From the IMG/VR virus record IMGVR_UViG_3300024999_000035, positions 64,001 to 128,000 of that record: DNA of 64,000 nucleotides. One strand, written 5' to 3'. A program made the translations under genes and the position numbers. Of the stretch, positions 31,428 to 43,190 are shown in pieces. Source of the DNA: a virus. Lineage: Duplodnaviria > Heunggongvirae > Uroviricota > Caudoviricetes. Within the stretch, counting starts at the first letter, position 1; each line of letters begins with the position of its first letter. The notes under the pieces are model-generated. The model saw only the letters and a program-made list of their open reading frames with translations, had not been told where the DNA came from and made no database searches.

Positions 31428-31709
31428 TTAATTCATATTATCATTTGTTAAAGCAAAAAACTTAACATAAAAACTCCAATTCTTAACCAATTTATCTCTT
31501 GGATAATATCCTGCCTCTAATATAGCACCTTTGAATTGTTCATTAGAAATATAAAATCCATGTCTATCATTTTCAAAAACATGTTTATATCCATATGAAG
31601 TATGATTATTTATAGTTTTACGATGTGTGAATCTTCCTTTTATCCAACTTTGTAATTCTTCTTTTTGAGTTGTGGATAATCTATTATATTCTTCAGTCTC
31701 TAATATCAT
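31428..31709 (-). CDS. Hypothetical phage protein
   Basis: SYGYKHVFE...ISNEQFKGA; RBS. Confidence 0.65.
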   Translation of the reverse strand: MILETEEYNRLSTTQKEELQSWIKGRFTHRKTINNHTSYGYKHVFENDRHGFYISNEQFKGAILEAGYYPRDKLVKNWSFYVKFFALTNDNMN

Positions 31710-31769
31710 TTATTTATCACCTCCTTTTATATATTATAGGAAATAAAATTTTAAATCATTAATCCCGAA

Positions 31770-32030
31770 CAATAATATTGAGCGAATAGCGAAATATTTT
31801 GTGAAGGTCAGAGCGTGAATGAGGAACGAAATGAACACTCTACGGTCTTATTATTTGTTTCCTCATTCACATTAATTTGATATTAGTCCTTGCAGGAAGC
31901 TTTTCATTACAGTAATTTCGGTGTCCCGAAATTCCTTCCAGGAATTATATTATTATAATAATTATTTTTTTATTTGCCCTAATTATTGCTTCTTATTGAT
32001 ATATCAATAGAGGGCATATTTTAGGGCAAA
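31770..32030. other. Structured intergenic region, candidate replication origin
   Basis: 12-bp IR GTGAATGAGGAA (31815-31826) / TTCCTCATTCAC (31859-31870); GAGCGAATAGCGAA motif; repeated AGGGCA; next to the helicase gene. Confidence 0.35.
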
Positions 32031-32042
32031 TATTATTTATTA

Positions 32043-33503
32043 TTATTCTAATTTAGATATTATCCAATATGTTTTCTTATATTTATCAGATTTTCTAGAA
32101 TTCTCAGTTTTTGATATAATATTAAAATTTAAATTATTATCCTCAAATAATGAATTAATAGTTTTCATTCCTAAACTTCCATGACTGGCATCAGGTGTAT
32201 TAAACAATTTATCCATCAATAAATTCTTGAACTCCTCCCTTTCTTCCTCAAACATTTTTATTCCTATGTATTGGGCAATAATATCAGCAAGTGTTAAGGC
32301 ATCATATTCATCCTCTAATCTTTTTACAGTAGAATAATTAATATTAAGCTTTTGACAAATAATAAAATCATAATTGTTGGCAATCATTAGTTCAGCATTT
32401 TCTATATTTATAAGTTGTTTTATATACATAATGTCATTTCTTTCAAGATGTGTGTCGCCTTTACTATTTATTATTATATTTATACAATTGCTTAAATCCT
32501 TTCTACCGTATTTCTTAACAAATTCTTGTTCACCAAAATCAACTAAATATTTAACTTGTGAAATTTGAGTTTTAAAATTACTTAAACTCATTCTCAAACT
32601 TTTTATACTCCTATTTCTTATGTAAATATTAATTGTATCTTCTTCATGTAAAACTCTTTTTCTTCCTAGACATTGTGTTATTGTATCAATATCAAAATAA
32701 TCTACTATTATATGTTTTACAGATTCATCTTTAATATTTACTCCATTATCTATTACGCTAGTAGTACATAGGACTTGACATTCAAACTTTTCTTCCTCTA
32801 TTATTTGTTTCTTAATTTCTTGATTGGCTAATTTACTATATCTACTATTTGTACTACATAAAAATTCTGCATCTTTTAAGTCTAAACTTGCTTGATATAC
32901 TTTATCAACATTACCAAAATATATAGCCTTTTCTTCTAATGGCAATTCAAAGAGCATTTTCATAAGAACAGTATTATCCTCATAGAAATATGTATTAACT
33001 ATGTGATCTCTATTGCTGTCAAGTGTGTACTTTATTAGTTTGATTTTTCTATGTAATTCTAAATAATTTCTAACATGCTCACTTGTAGCAGATAAAAGAA
33101 TTTTTACTGAGCAATTTATATCAATCAACCATTCAATAATTAATTCAGTGTTTCTATTAAAGTCTGCGTCCCCAAATATATAATGAATTTCATCTGCCAC
33201 AATAAAGTCGTATTCGTCTATAGGAACACCATACATTATCATTGCTTCTATTTTTTGATAATTCATCAAAGTTATAATATCTTGTTTCTCTTCCGTTTTT
33301 ACTTCTTCTAAAAATTGCTCTTTTAGAATATCTCTATTTGTTAGAAATAGAATACTTAAATTACGCTCTTTGCAATAATAATATAAGTCATTTAAAATAA
33401 AGTAACTTTTGCCTCTACCCGTACCTGCTGTACCAAGAATCATATCACTTGGTTTCCAACTTATTATATCCTCTAATTTTATTAAATCACTGAAATGCTC
33501 CAA
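32043..33503 (-). CDS. SF2 DEAD/DEAH-box helicase, probable replication protein
   Basis: AGTGRGKS, DEIH, SAT, TTSVIDNGVNI, QCLGRKR. Confidence 0.9.
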   Translation of the reverse strand: MEHFSDLIKLEDIISWKPSDMILGTAGTGRGKSYFILNDLYYYCKERNLSILFLTNRDILKEQFLEEVKTEEKQDIITLMNYQKIEAMIMYGVPIDEYDFIVADEIHYIFGDADFNRNTELIIEWLIDINCSVKILLSATSEHVRNYLELHRKIKLIKYTLDSNRDHIVNTYFYEDNTVLMKMLFELPLEEKAIYFGNVDKVYQASLDLKDAEFLCSTNSRYSKLANQEIKKQIIEEEKFECQVLCTTSVIDNGVNIKDESVKHIIVDYFDIDTITQCLGRKRVLHEEDTINIYIRNRSIKSLRMSLSNFKTQISQVKYLVDFGEQEFVKKYGRKDLSNCINIIINSKGDTHLERNDIMYIKQLINIENAELMIANNYDFIICQKLNINYSTVKRLEDEYDALTLADIIAQYIGIKMFEEEREEFKNLLMDKLFNTPDASHGSLGMKTINSLFEDNNLNFNIISKTENSRKSDKYKKTYWIISKLE

Positions 33504-33523
33504 AGAATTTGCTCCTTATTTTA

Positions 33524-33724
33524 TTATTTCATTGTTTTATATCTATATATAGCGTTTTGTAAATCTGAACTATTATTAAATATGTATACTTTTTTATTTG
33601 GATCATGAATATCTGGCCTCATATTAATCATATGAAAACCTTGAGCCATTAATTCTCCTGCTAATCTCATTGAAAATATTATCATATATTTGTCTCTGTT
33701 AGTATTAGTATTGGTTGAAATCAT
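33524..33724 (-). CDS. DUF5659-like small protein
   Basis: IFSMRLAGELMAQGF...PNKKVYIFNNS; ATG at 33724 after GGAGG. Confidence 0.7.
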   Translation of the reverse strand: MISTNTNTNRDKYMIIFSMRLAGELMAQGFHMINMRPDIHDPNKKVYIFNNSSDLQNAIYRYKTMK

Positions 33725-34029
33725 TAAATGTTCCTCCGTTTGTTTATCATTTTTCACATCATAATTCACATCAATTATTATATTACAATCATATGTATCA
33801 TCAACTCCTTTCATTATCGCCAAGGTTGGCGATTTACTTCCTCATCCTTCTAACTCTATCAATTGTCTTATATCTTTTCTTACCAATATTCTTACCACTA
33901 TACCTCTCCATAGCAATTTCATATCCTCTTTTGAATTCAGGATCTTTACATTTTTCTTCAATGATTGCATCAATATCAACTTCTATAAAACACATATGTA
34001 TTCACCTCCTTAAATTATCTTATTTAATA

Positions 34030-34058
34030 ATTATAACATTTCACCAACCATATGTCAA
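34030..34058 (-). promoter_or_regulatory. sigmaA promoter of the replication module
   Basis: TTGACA-17-TATAAT with extended TG. Confidence 0.85.
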
Positions 34059-34117
34059 GCAATTTTTATTTATTAATTTAACAAAATAATTACAAATAAT
34101 AATCAAAACAACCTACT

Positions 34118-34687
34118 CTAAATCTCATCTGGATTAATAACAATAATCTCTTTGCCTTGTTTCTTAGCATAATTCACACAATTAGCAGTACCACCCTTAC
34201 TACCATTCCATACAGCAATAACAATATCTGAATTATCACACATGAATTTGTTCCAAATTTGCATCTTGGCAGGATGATATTCACCTACTGCTACACCTTT
34301 AAAATCATATCCTTCAACAGTATCAACAAATGTTAAAATATCTGCATGTTGTTTTTGTAATTCGTATCTGTCAACATCTCGTTCATACCATTTGCTTGCT
34401 TGTTTTTCAAAAGGAATTGCAATCTCAAGTATAATTGCGCAAGCATCATATTCTTTTGCTTCTTGTTTTAATTCTTCGCAAATAGAAAACATGAGTTGAT
34501 CAACCCCAATTGCTCCTCCGAAGATAAATTTAAATTCCTTCTCATTTTGATTATCAATAATGTCATTAATTACTTCAACTATTTTGTTTCTTAATATTCC
34601 TCTAAGTTTTTGATAAGAGAATGATTCTAAGTCATAACCTCTCTTAAGTTTGTCAGGTCTGTGCCCTGTAAAACAAATTGTTTTCAT
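34118..34687 (-). CDS. SLOG-superfamily YspA/DUF1273 protein
   Basis: CFTGHRP, GGAIGVD, IPFEKQ, VWNGSKGGTANCV; the usual RN motif reads WN. Confidence 0.88.
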   Translation of the reverse strand: MKTICFTGHRPDKLKRGYDLESFSYQKLRGILRNKIVEVINDIIDNQNEKEFKFIFGGAIGVDQLMFSICEELKQEAKEYDACAIILEIAIPFEKQASKWYERDVDRYELQKQHADILTFVDTVEGYDFKGVAVGEYHPAKMQIWNKFMCDNSDIVIAVWNGSKGGTANCVNYAKKQGKEIIVINPDEI

Positions 34688-37665
34688 TTAACATACCTCC
34701 ACTCATACTTAATAATCTCTTTCTTCTCTACTTCATAGGCCACATTATCTTGTGAATCACTTTCAAATACATAATCTTCATATCCATATCTAATATAAAA
34801 CAAATTTACCCTAAAACATTTTCTATCAGACATTCTCATATAAATATGCGAATAGTGTCTACCATGCTCATCTTCCTCAGATTCACCATCTTGCTCTACA
34901 TATTCCCATTCTTCATTATCAACTATTAATTTTGATTCATCTTTAATTGCTTGCATTTGTTCTTTAGTTAATTCAATTTTCATTATTTATATCTCTCCTT
35001 TCTTAAATTTATTAATATTCATCAAGTATTTGTGTTTTATTAATTTTTTGAAAAAAATAACGATGTACTGTTCCTTTTTCTAAAGGTTTTCTTGTACTTT
35101 GTGTATTATATTTTCCATTTAAACGGGCAAGTAACTGACCAATTTCATGATCATGTAACCAAATATCTTTTCTTTTCTTGGAGTCATTATAATAATCCTC
35201 ATACATTTTGTTTCCTGAGTAAGAAACTATCTGATAATTTTCACAAACCCAACTTTTTAACCAAGGCATATCATATATTTTAAAATACATAATATTAGAT
35301 GATCCACATTGAAAACATTTTTTATCTTCTGTCCAACCATTAAAAATTCCTTTCTCTTTAGCTTTTAATTCTAAGTTTTCTCTAATTTCTACTGAACTAA
35401 TAAAATGCTCTTTAAAAAATTCCTCTGTCATTGGAGTAGCCGAACCTCTACGATTATCACAATCTCCAAAACAATTATCGTATGTACATCCTCCACACCC
35501 TTTGAATAGATTTATATATGTACCTCTTTTATTCCATGTCATAAGATCCTTAGTGCCTTTATACCACTTTCCTTCTTGAAAACTTGATAGACGATTATTT
35601 ATTTCCCAGAATTCTTCACCAGGAACATCTTTAATGCATAAAAATTTATCTGGATCAATATAAAAATAATCATGAATTCTTTCTTTTTCTAGTTCATTAC
35701 TTAGAAGTATTGATTTTGTTAGAGAAATTTGTTTATCAAAGTATATTCCTTGATCTCTATATCCCATTTTTATTATCTCCTTCATCATTCTTTGTTTTTG
35801 GCAAACAATTTGTTTCAACCCATAATCTATAAACATCTTGACTCATGCCTAAGAACTCATATATTTCTTCTTTACTATCTCCGGTATGCCACTGTTCAAT
35901 ATAATCATCTATATCATCTAGAGTTAGTTTATTTGCAAGATATAATTGATAAAACTTTTCTGTGTTGGGCATGTTTAATTTTTCACCTCCTTTTAATTAA
36001 ATAATACAATTGCTTTATCATAAATTGATTTAGCATATCTATTTTCACGCTTTTGATTTAATTTTCCCATTTGACATGCTAGAAAATATAATTCATTTAA
36101 AGTCAATTCAAGTTTTTTCATTTTATTTTCCTCCCTCCTAAATACTATTAACAAGCTCAATAATTTGTCTAACATTTATATTCTCAACTTCACTATCCAA
36201 CAATACATTCTTAAATTCTTCTTTAGTAACAATATCCCAAGACCCATATCCATCTGGATATTCACTAATTTCAATGCCATATTCTTTCTCCCAATCACCA
36301 ATCTCTTTCATATGATGTTTAGTAATTTTTTCAATATCCAGTGCATGTTCTAAATAATAAGTTCCTGTAGAATATGGATATTTGTTAGAAAACATAGATG
36401 ATAAATCTTTAATGGTTTGTTTATCTAATTCAAGAATACTGCCAATAGATTTAATTTTATCACAGTATATTTTAACTTCTTGATATTCTTTATCTATTTC
36501 TTGAATATATTTTAGATATTCGTTCAATTTCTTAGTTTTTCTACTTTCTACATCATTCAAATACTTTTCTCCTGCTTGAATAAGACTTTGTTTTACCACA
36601 TTTCCAATATCATTATAGCAAGTATCGCATATGTAATTTCTAACAAGATGAGCATTCTCTTCTGGTAAGGGATAGTAATTTGTTACAGGATAATATTCTC
36701 TATCATGGATTTCTTCCTCTTGTCTTGTGAATACTTTGAATTGATAATCATATAGATCACATTTAATAATTTCTGAACTGCTCATTTTATTTTCCTTCTT
36801 TCATGTTTTATTTTTAATAGTTTCTTAATACTAATTCAAACACCTATGTATCATACTAGTTTCTAAATATTCTCCACCAGTTTTTAAAGCATAGGATAAT
36901 TGTTTTTCAAGATTGTCATTGTCCTCTTCAAGTTTAACCATAAAAGAAAATAACCTATTAAATGATTCTTGACTAATATATTTCTCTTTTTCAAAATCAG
37001 TTTTAATTTCTAATAGTTTTTGGATTATTTTATCGCTCATTATTGATCATACTCCTCAATCTGTCATATTCCTTTTCCGTAATTTCAACTGCTTTATATA
37101 CCTTAGAAAAATACTCCAATAACTTCTCATTTTTCTTATAACTAATACTGCAAAGTCCTGTGATATTATTTGATTTGTCTAATTCTTTGAAGTATTTGTG
37201 CATTATCTATTCCTCCTTCAATGGTTTATTTACTTCCCATACCAATCCACAATTGCAATGTAATTTATCACTTTTACTTCCATTTAATATTACACCATTG
37301 ATTGTAGCACCACAATTACATATTAATGAGAATAAATATGTTCTATCTTTTACAATTTGAGTCATTTCGGAAGATCCTGAATAATGACTATTGGTTTCTT
37401 TAAGTATTGAACATTTTTCAAATTTCAGCCTATATTCCTCCATTGCTTTTCTGCATCTTTCTTGATCTTGGACTTGATAATCCTCATCATAAAATAATTT
37501 GTGCAAATGAGTTTTAATATCCATTGTTTTAATCATTCCTTTCTTTAAACCAAATGAAAGTCGAATTTTATGGGAATTTATGGTTTTGAAAGTGGCTTGG
37601 GAGTAGGGCTGTAGGATTGGGATATTTTGGATATAGAGTAAATTATGATTATTTAACACATCCAT
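34684..37665 (-). other. Cluster of hypothetical ORFs (34684-34983, 35012-35836, 35757-35972, 36138-36785, 36831-37040, 37207-37665)
   Basis: RBS-led minus-strand ORFs. Confidence 0.6.
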
Positions 37666-37999
37666 CTCCTTTTTGTGGTTGAAGCAAATGTGGTTCTATA
37701 TTAAAATAATTAGCAATTTTTTGTACATGTTTTTGTGGAATATTTGATTCATTTGTGCAATATGCAGATGCTCGTGTTTTAGATAAAGATAATTCATTAC
37801 ATACATCTTTAGTAGGCAAATTATTAGAAATAATTAAATTCTTTATATGGTAAATTGATAACGATTTGTCTACAACTTTTTCTCTGGTATCCCAAATAAA
37901 TTCAATCTTTTTAAGCATGAGTATTTTTTCTTCAGATAATTTATTTTGTTTAAAATCTATCCAGTATCCTAGACTTCCTTTGCCGAATAAATCTTTCAT
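37649..37999 (-). CDS. Chimeric ORF: half helicase-associated (HA) repeat plus XRE-like HTH
   Basis: LGYW...LSEEKILMLKKIEFIWD, then KDVCNELSLSKTRASAY...KIANYFNI. Confidence 0.6.
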   Translation of the reverse strand: MKDLFGKGSLGYWIDFKQNKLSEEKILMLKKIEFIWDTREKVVDKSLSIYHIKNLIISNNLPTKDVCNELSLSKTRASAYCTNESNIPQKHVQKIANYFNIEPHLLQPQKGDGCVK

Positions 38000-38002
38000 A
38001 AA

Positions 38003-38774
38003 TTATTCTCCTTTCAGTCTTACTAAATCATTCTCTGCCCATTCTAATTTATTTTTCAATGATCTTATCTCCTGCTCTTTCTTCTCAATTAGCAATCTAT
38101 TTGATTTTACAGCATCTTTATTTACCCAATACAGTCCACCGCACGATAAAATGTTTACCTTATTAAAGAGTTATATTGAAGAGAACGGGAACTGTTTAAT
38201 TGAAACAAACAAAAAGTATAAAAATGAAAATCTTGGTTTGTGGGTGAAAAATATAAGACGAAAAAACTATATATTATCTAAAGAAAGAATACTTATGTTG
38301 AATAATATTGATTTTGTTTGGAATGTTCGTGATGACAATTGGGTAAGTAATTATACGAATTTAGTAAATTATTTAAATGCAAATAAAGAATATCCTTTAT
38401 ATAGAGACGAAAATTATAAAACATTATATCAATGGATAGCTCATCACACTATTAGTGGCAACACGAAATATATCATCCTCATTGTATTCATCATATTCGT
38501 GATCTCTTATTTTCTTTACTTCTCTAAAATCAAAGATGAATTCAAACTCATTAATATTTTCGTCAGTGATTTCATAACTGTGATTAGAATCATTAAAATA
38601 AGTATCTCTCATATACACTTTTCCATTATCATATTTATAAACTTTAAAAGTCCAATTTTTACAATGATATGTAGCAGATGTTTGTCCAATATAAAAACTA
38701 TTATCAATGATTGGTTCTTTCTTATAGAGATAATTTGTGTTTAGTTTGTCGTAGTTTTCTTTTGATAATGTCAT
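38003..38774 (-). pseudogene. Hypothetical gene split by an opposite-strand insertion
   Basis: N-half ends DIFRVATNS at about 38448; C-half SCGGLYWVNKDAVKS...LKGE* resumes at about 38146. Confidence 0.6.
38145..38446 (+). pseudogene. Inserted fragment encoding about 1.7 helicase-associated (HA) repeats
   Basis: LKSYIEENGNC...LGLWVKNIRR...LSKERILMLNNIDFVW...LYQWIAH on the + strand; no RBS or own stop. Confidence 0.75.
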
Positions 38775-38780
38775 TTTTGT

Positions 38781-41700
38781 TCATTCTCCTTCTTTTATGC
38801 GATATATAGCATCGTTTTCTTTACCTGTTAAAACAAAATCTAAAATAAGTAATTCTCCAATAACAATATTTAAATCATATCTTAATATTTCAAACTCTAT
38901 ATCATTTATATCCCCATACTTTAGACGATTATGTAAATATTCTTTTATTTCTTTAAGTTTTTCAACTCTTGTTTGTAATTCTTGCTCACTTAACATTTTT
39001 GTAACTCCTTTTTCATTTAAAATTGCTGTTTTAATTACTTGCTTTACTTTATTTGCCAAAATACTATATTTTCAGACTTAACACCTACAGGAATCGGATA
39101 TTTTGTTACCTCTAACCACTTTTCAAATAATCCGTAATTATACAAAGTCAATAAATCCCTTCTAATTATCAGTTTGTTTATTCCATATCTTTTATTAAAC
39201 ATATGCCATAAGTGAATACCCTCCGATAAATTTCCAGTACACGATAATAATGAGGAAGGATGTCTATACATATGCCTAAGTGGGATTTTTAAGTCGGATG
39301 CTTCAAATATGAAATCTCCATTCTTTTGTATTTTAGCAACCATGTTATATTTTTGAATATTGTCATATTTAATACCATCACTAATTATGAGTTTATATTG
39401 TTTTGCTTGTGATTCATCCCAAATTAAATCTAAATATTCATCATTATCTTTTTGCTTATCAAATATGTAGAATGGCAAATCCTCCGATATATATTTATGG
39501 TCTGTTCTAATGGTACATAATTCAAATTTATCAGTAAGATTGCGATATTCTTCATAATTATTAGGTATATAAAATTTGTGTAGATTTAAATTTAGATTAA
39601 GAATTGTATTTAGACTTTCAATTTTATCAAACATAATGAGGCCCTTCTTTCATTAAATACGTTCCCAGAAAATCGCAGTTTGCTAGGACATTATTAAACC
39701 CAATCTTTTCATTTTGTTAAAAGTATAATCGTCTACTATTTTAGTTTCTTCGCCTTTCTTTAAAGTATAGAATTCATAATCATCCATTAACCCCCTGTGC
39801 TCTAGTAACACATTTAAAATCAATTAATTCCCATTTATCCATAATTAATCATCCTTCCTAACCATCCATTAATTTTATTTGCTTAACTTTTCACCACAAA
39901 ATGGACAGTAATTAATATTTCTCATCACAAAATCATTGTAAATATTATATAACTCCCAACCTCTTGAAAGACTAAAATAGATAGTATAATCATTACATTT
40001 ATGTGGTTGATTTTTGCTTAGTAATTCAGAATCATATTCAGTTAACATTTGTGTATCTCCTTTCAAGGCTAAGTCTGATATTACTTATATTTATCCAGTA
40101 AATATGTTTGCTCATTCAAAAACTTTTGTTTTTCTGATTCTTTCTTCTTTGCTTTTCTATTCTTTAAAAGATTATCATATTTTTCATATAACCCACTTTT
40201 GATTTGCTCTTTGTTCCACTTCTTTAAATTTGCAACCTCTAATTTAATTTGTTGTTTCATTTCTTTGGGAATATCATGAATAAAATAATCTTCGTAAACT
40301 AGAATATCATCAACATAAATTCTTACATAGTGTCCTCCAAATAAATCTTTAAAGTCATCATATTTACAAAAAAATCTAATGTCATTATTTAAATATTCAT
40401 AGCTTGGTGCATCATAATGGTTATAAACTTCTGAAATTGTTTCTTTAATATCTTTGTATTTAATAATAATACTTCTTATACTCATTATGTATTTCATCCT
40501 TTCTATCCGTTAAAATCAACAACTTAAAGGACTATTCTTGCTCAACTTTATCAATCACAACTTTACCTTCTTTGTCATAAATAGGAGACATAGCTCTACC
40601 ATAACCAGAACTAATGTAATAGTAGTTAACACCAGATTTCTTATCTATTAACACATAAACATCTGAATTTGTGGCTCCTCCTGATGTAAAGCTTTTTACT
40701 GTAAATTTATTTCCTAATGCGTCATCGCCTTTATTTACACCACAGCCAGTTAATGCGACCATTGCAATAATTGATACTATTAATAACTTTTTCATAATTA
40801 TTTTCCTCCCACATCAGCATATTTACTATAAATCTCATTAACCTTTTCTAACTTCTTTTCACCTAAAATATTTCTCCATCTAGCAAAATATTCACCTTGC
40901 ATATTACCATAACTCTCATGAACTCCTACTCCCCATATCAATCTCATATCCTCAAGTCTCCACATTTGAGGTGCTTTGTGGTAGTTTATAAACAAGAAAT
41001 AGTGTTTATCAGTTCCCTGTCCATTTTCTATCATATCTTTGAAGATTTTTAACTCTTCTGGTTTTTTGACTGTTACTTTATGTAAAATCATTTCTGCATG
41101 GTCTTTATATAATAATCCTAATTTATTTGTAAATCCACCCTTTTGCCAAACAAAAGAGCCATTTTCCATAAGGTATTCAAATATTTGTAGAGCAGAGGCA
41201 GGAGTAAAATGAACACTTAATTTAGTTGTTAGGTTGGTTAACTCTTGTTTGGTTAATTTTCTTTCATAATCAATACGCATTTTGTTTTCCTTCTTTCATA
41301 TTTTATTTTATAATATTGTAACCTTAATCAAATATTCCATAAAGATACCAAGACCTATTCCAAATAATAAATACATTCTCATACCAAATTTTAATTGCTT
41401 AGAAGTGTACATTTTGCCAATAGGATATTTTGTATTTCCTTTTTCTTCAATGTTTTTATATCTTTTCTTATACCAATAATCTAATGCAGAACTGTACACT
41501 GTTCATCATCCTTCCATTCGAGTAATATCTTAATAATCTTTTCACGATTTGTTAATTGCTTCATCTTAATTTTCTCCTTTCACATTTTAGGCCAAAACTA
41601 TATCTTTCTTCCTGAAAAGAACCCCTCCCTGATTTGTATTGTCCCTTTGTAACATTTCATTTTCTAAATACTCTACTTCGTAATATTCGCCATAATATCC

Positions 41701-41814
41701 TGTAATTTTTACTTTTTCTAAATGGGATTTTAATTTACCTGTTCTGGTTATCATAACCCATGGGTAATCAGCTTCTTTTACATGTGCGATTGTCCCGATT
41801 TCAATTTTTGCCAT
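38781..41814 (-). other. Cluster of hypothetical ORFs (38781-39059, 39044-39634, 40081-40497, 40798-41280, 41587-41814)
   Basis: RBS-led minus-strand ORFs. Confidence 0.6.
40532..40795 (-). CDS. DUF6440-like lipoprotein
   Basis: Lipobox LTGC; VLIDKKSGVNYY...MSPIYDKEGK. Confidence 0.75.
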   Translation of the reverse strand: MKKLLIVSIIAMVALTGCGVNKGDDALGNKFTVKSFTSGGATNSDVYVLIDKKSGVNYYYISSGYGRAMSPIYDKEGKVVIDKVEQE

Positions 41815-42013
41815 ATTGACATTCCTCCTAATTTTAGATAATTTCTCATTTTCTCTTAAATTCTTTTCTCGCCATATCTTGAATTTCTCTTAACGCTTGT
41901 AAAATTGATGGAATTAAAATAGCTTTATGTCCTTTATTTAAACTATCAATTAATCCATCAATATATGCTTGAACAATTATTTCTGTTTCACTCATTTATA
42001 AATCCTCTCCTCT

Positions 42014-42691
42014 CTATAAATTCAATTCTAAATAGACATCATCCAGTTCATCTTGGGTGATTCCTATATATCGAAGAGTTTCCTTTGGTGATGAGTGATT
42101 TAATAGTGCCTGGATGCGTGTAACATCTACCCCTGCATCATACAGAGCGAAAGCAAAACTTTTTCTAAGTGAATGATTTGATGTTGGTTCTTTGATTCCA
42201 CATGCTTTTGCTGCTCTACTTAAAATGATATGTGCTTGTTGCCGAGTGATGGCCTCATTTCCTTTTCTAGAAGCAAACAAAGCAATCTGATCAGATGGAA
42301 CAATAGCAAGGTATTCTGATAAAGCAGATTTTACATTTGCATTGAATGGGAAGTTTTTACCTTTGCTAGTCTTATTCTCTTTTACTTTAATTCTATCACG
42401 TATCCTACCATTCTCATCAACCACATCTGAAATTTGTAAATCAAGTAGATCACTAATTCTCAATGCTGAATTAATTCCAAGTACAAATAATGTCCAATCT
42501 CTTAATGATTTTGATTTTAGATACTGCTTCATTGCTTCAATGTCTTTTTTTGATTTAATTGGCTCCACAGTACCCATACCATTACTCGTTTTAAGTTCTG
42601 CTCCACATTCAGTACAAATAATAGAATTTTTAATAGCAGGAGTTCCACATTCTTTACATTTTTTTGTAAATGTTTCTGCTTTCTTTGCCAT
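42014..42691 (-). CDS. Tyrosine recombinase (catalytic domain only) with an N-terminal zinc ribbon
   Basis: CKEC...CTEC; LRISDLL, KENKT, HSLRK, LNHS, TLRY catalytic residues intact. Confidence 0.92.
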   Translation of the reverse strand: MAKKAETFTKKCKECGTPAIKNSIICTECGAELKTSNGMGTVEPIKSKKDIEAMKQYLKSKSLRDWTLFVLGINSALRISDLLDLQISDVVDENGRIRDRIKVKENKTSKGKNFPFNANVKSALSEYLAIVPSDQIALFASRKGNEAITRQQAHIILSRAAKACGIKEPTSNHSLRKSFAFALYDAGVDVTRIQALLNHSSPKETLRYIGITQDELDDVYLELNL

Positions 42692-42705
42692 GATTGTTCC
42701 TCCCT

Positions 42706-42825
42706 CTAAATCTTCATCATAAGCCCTGAGTTTGGTTTGTAAGCCTCTTTACTATCATCATTAATACTAACATAGGCAACGACACTCAAAACGATTAGAG
42801 CAATGATTATAATTTTCTTTTGCAT
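42706..42825 (-). CDS. 39-aa signal-peptide-like protein MQKKIIIIALIVLSVVAYVSINDDSKEAYKPNSGLMMKI (not in the track)
   Basis: Hand translation; GGAG RBS; basic-hydrophobic-polar layout. Confidence 0.7.
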   Translation of the reverse strand: MQKKIIIIALIVLSVVAYVSINDDSKEAYKPNSGLMMKI

Positions 42826-42968
42826 GGTCACATCAACTCCTTTCTAATTATTAATTTATCTTGATTGGCAGTAGATACCTCAACCACGATAAATTATATT
42901 TACAGTAACGAATAGATATGACCATATTAACCACTCCTTATAATAATTATTTTTACATTATGTAATTA

Positions 42969-43190
42969 TTACATACAATAAGCAATTTCCAATAATCCAG
43001 TTTCTTTTAATATCCTTTTTACCAGTGGCCTACAAATCTCCTTAGACTTTCCATGATCTGTAAGTGTAATAGATTTTTTAGTATGTATGTTTTGAAATGT
43101 AATATGCGATCCCCTTTGTCGCAATCTGATCCAATTGTATTTATGTAAAATTTGGACTAAATCATTTAGGGAAAAACCTTTCATTCTCAT
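42969..43190 (-). CDS. hicA: HicA-family toxin, no adjacent HicB
   Basis: RQRGSHITF...ITLTDHG...LVKRILKETGL. Confidence 0.85.
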   Translation of the reverse strand: MRMKGFSLNDLVQILHKYNWIRLRQRGSHITFQNIHTKKSITLTDHGKSKEICRPLVKRILKETGLLEIAYCM

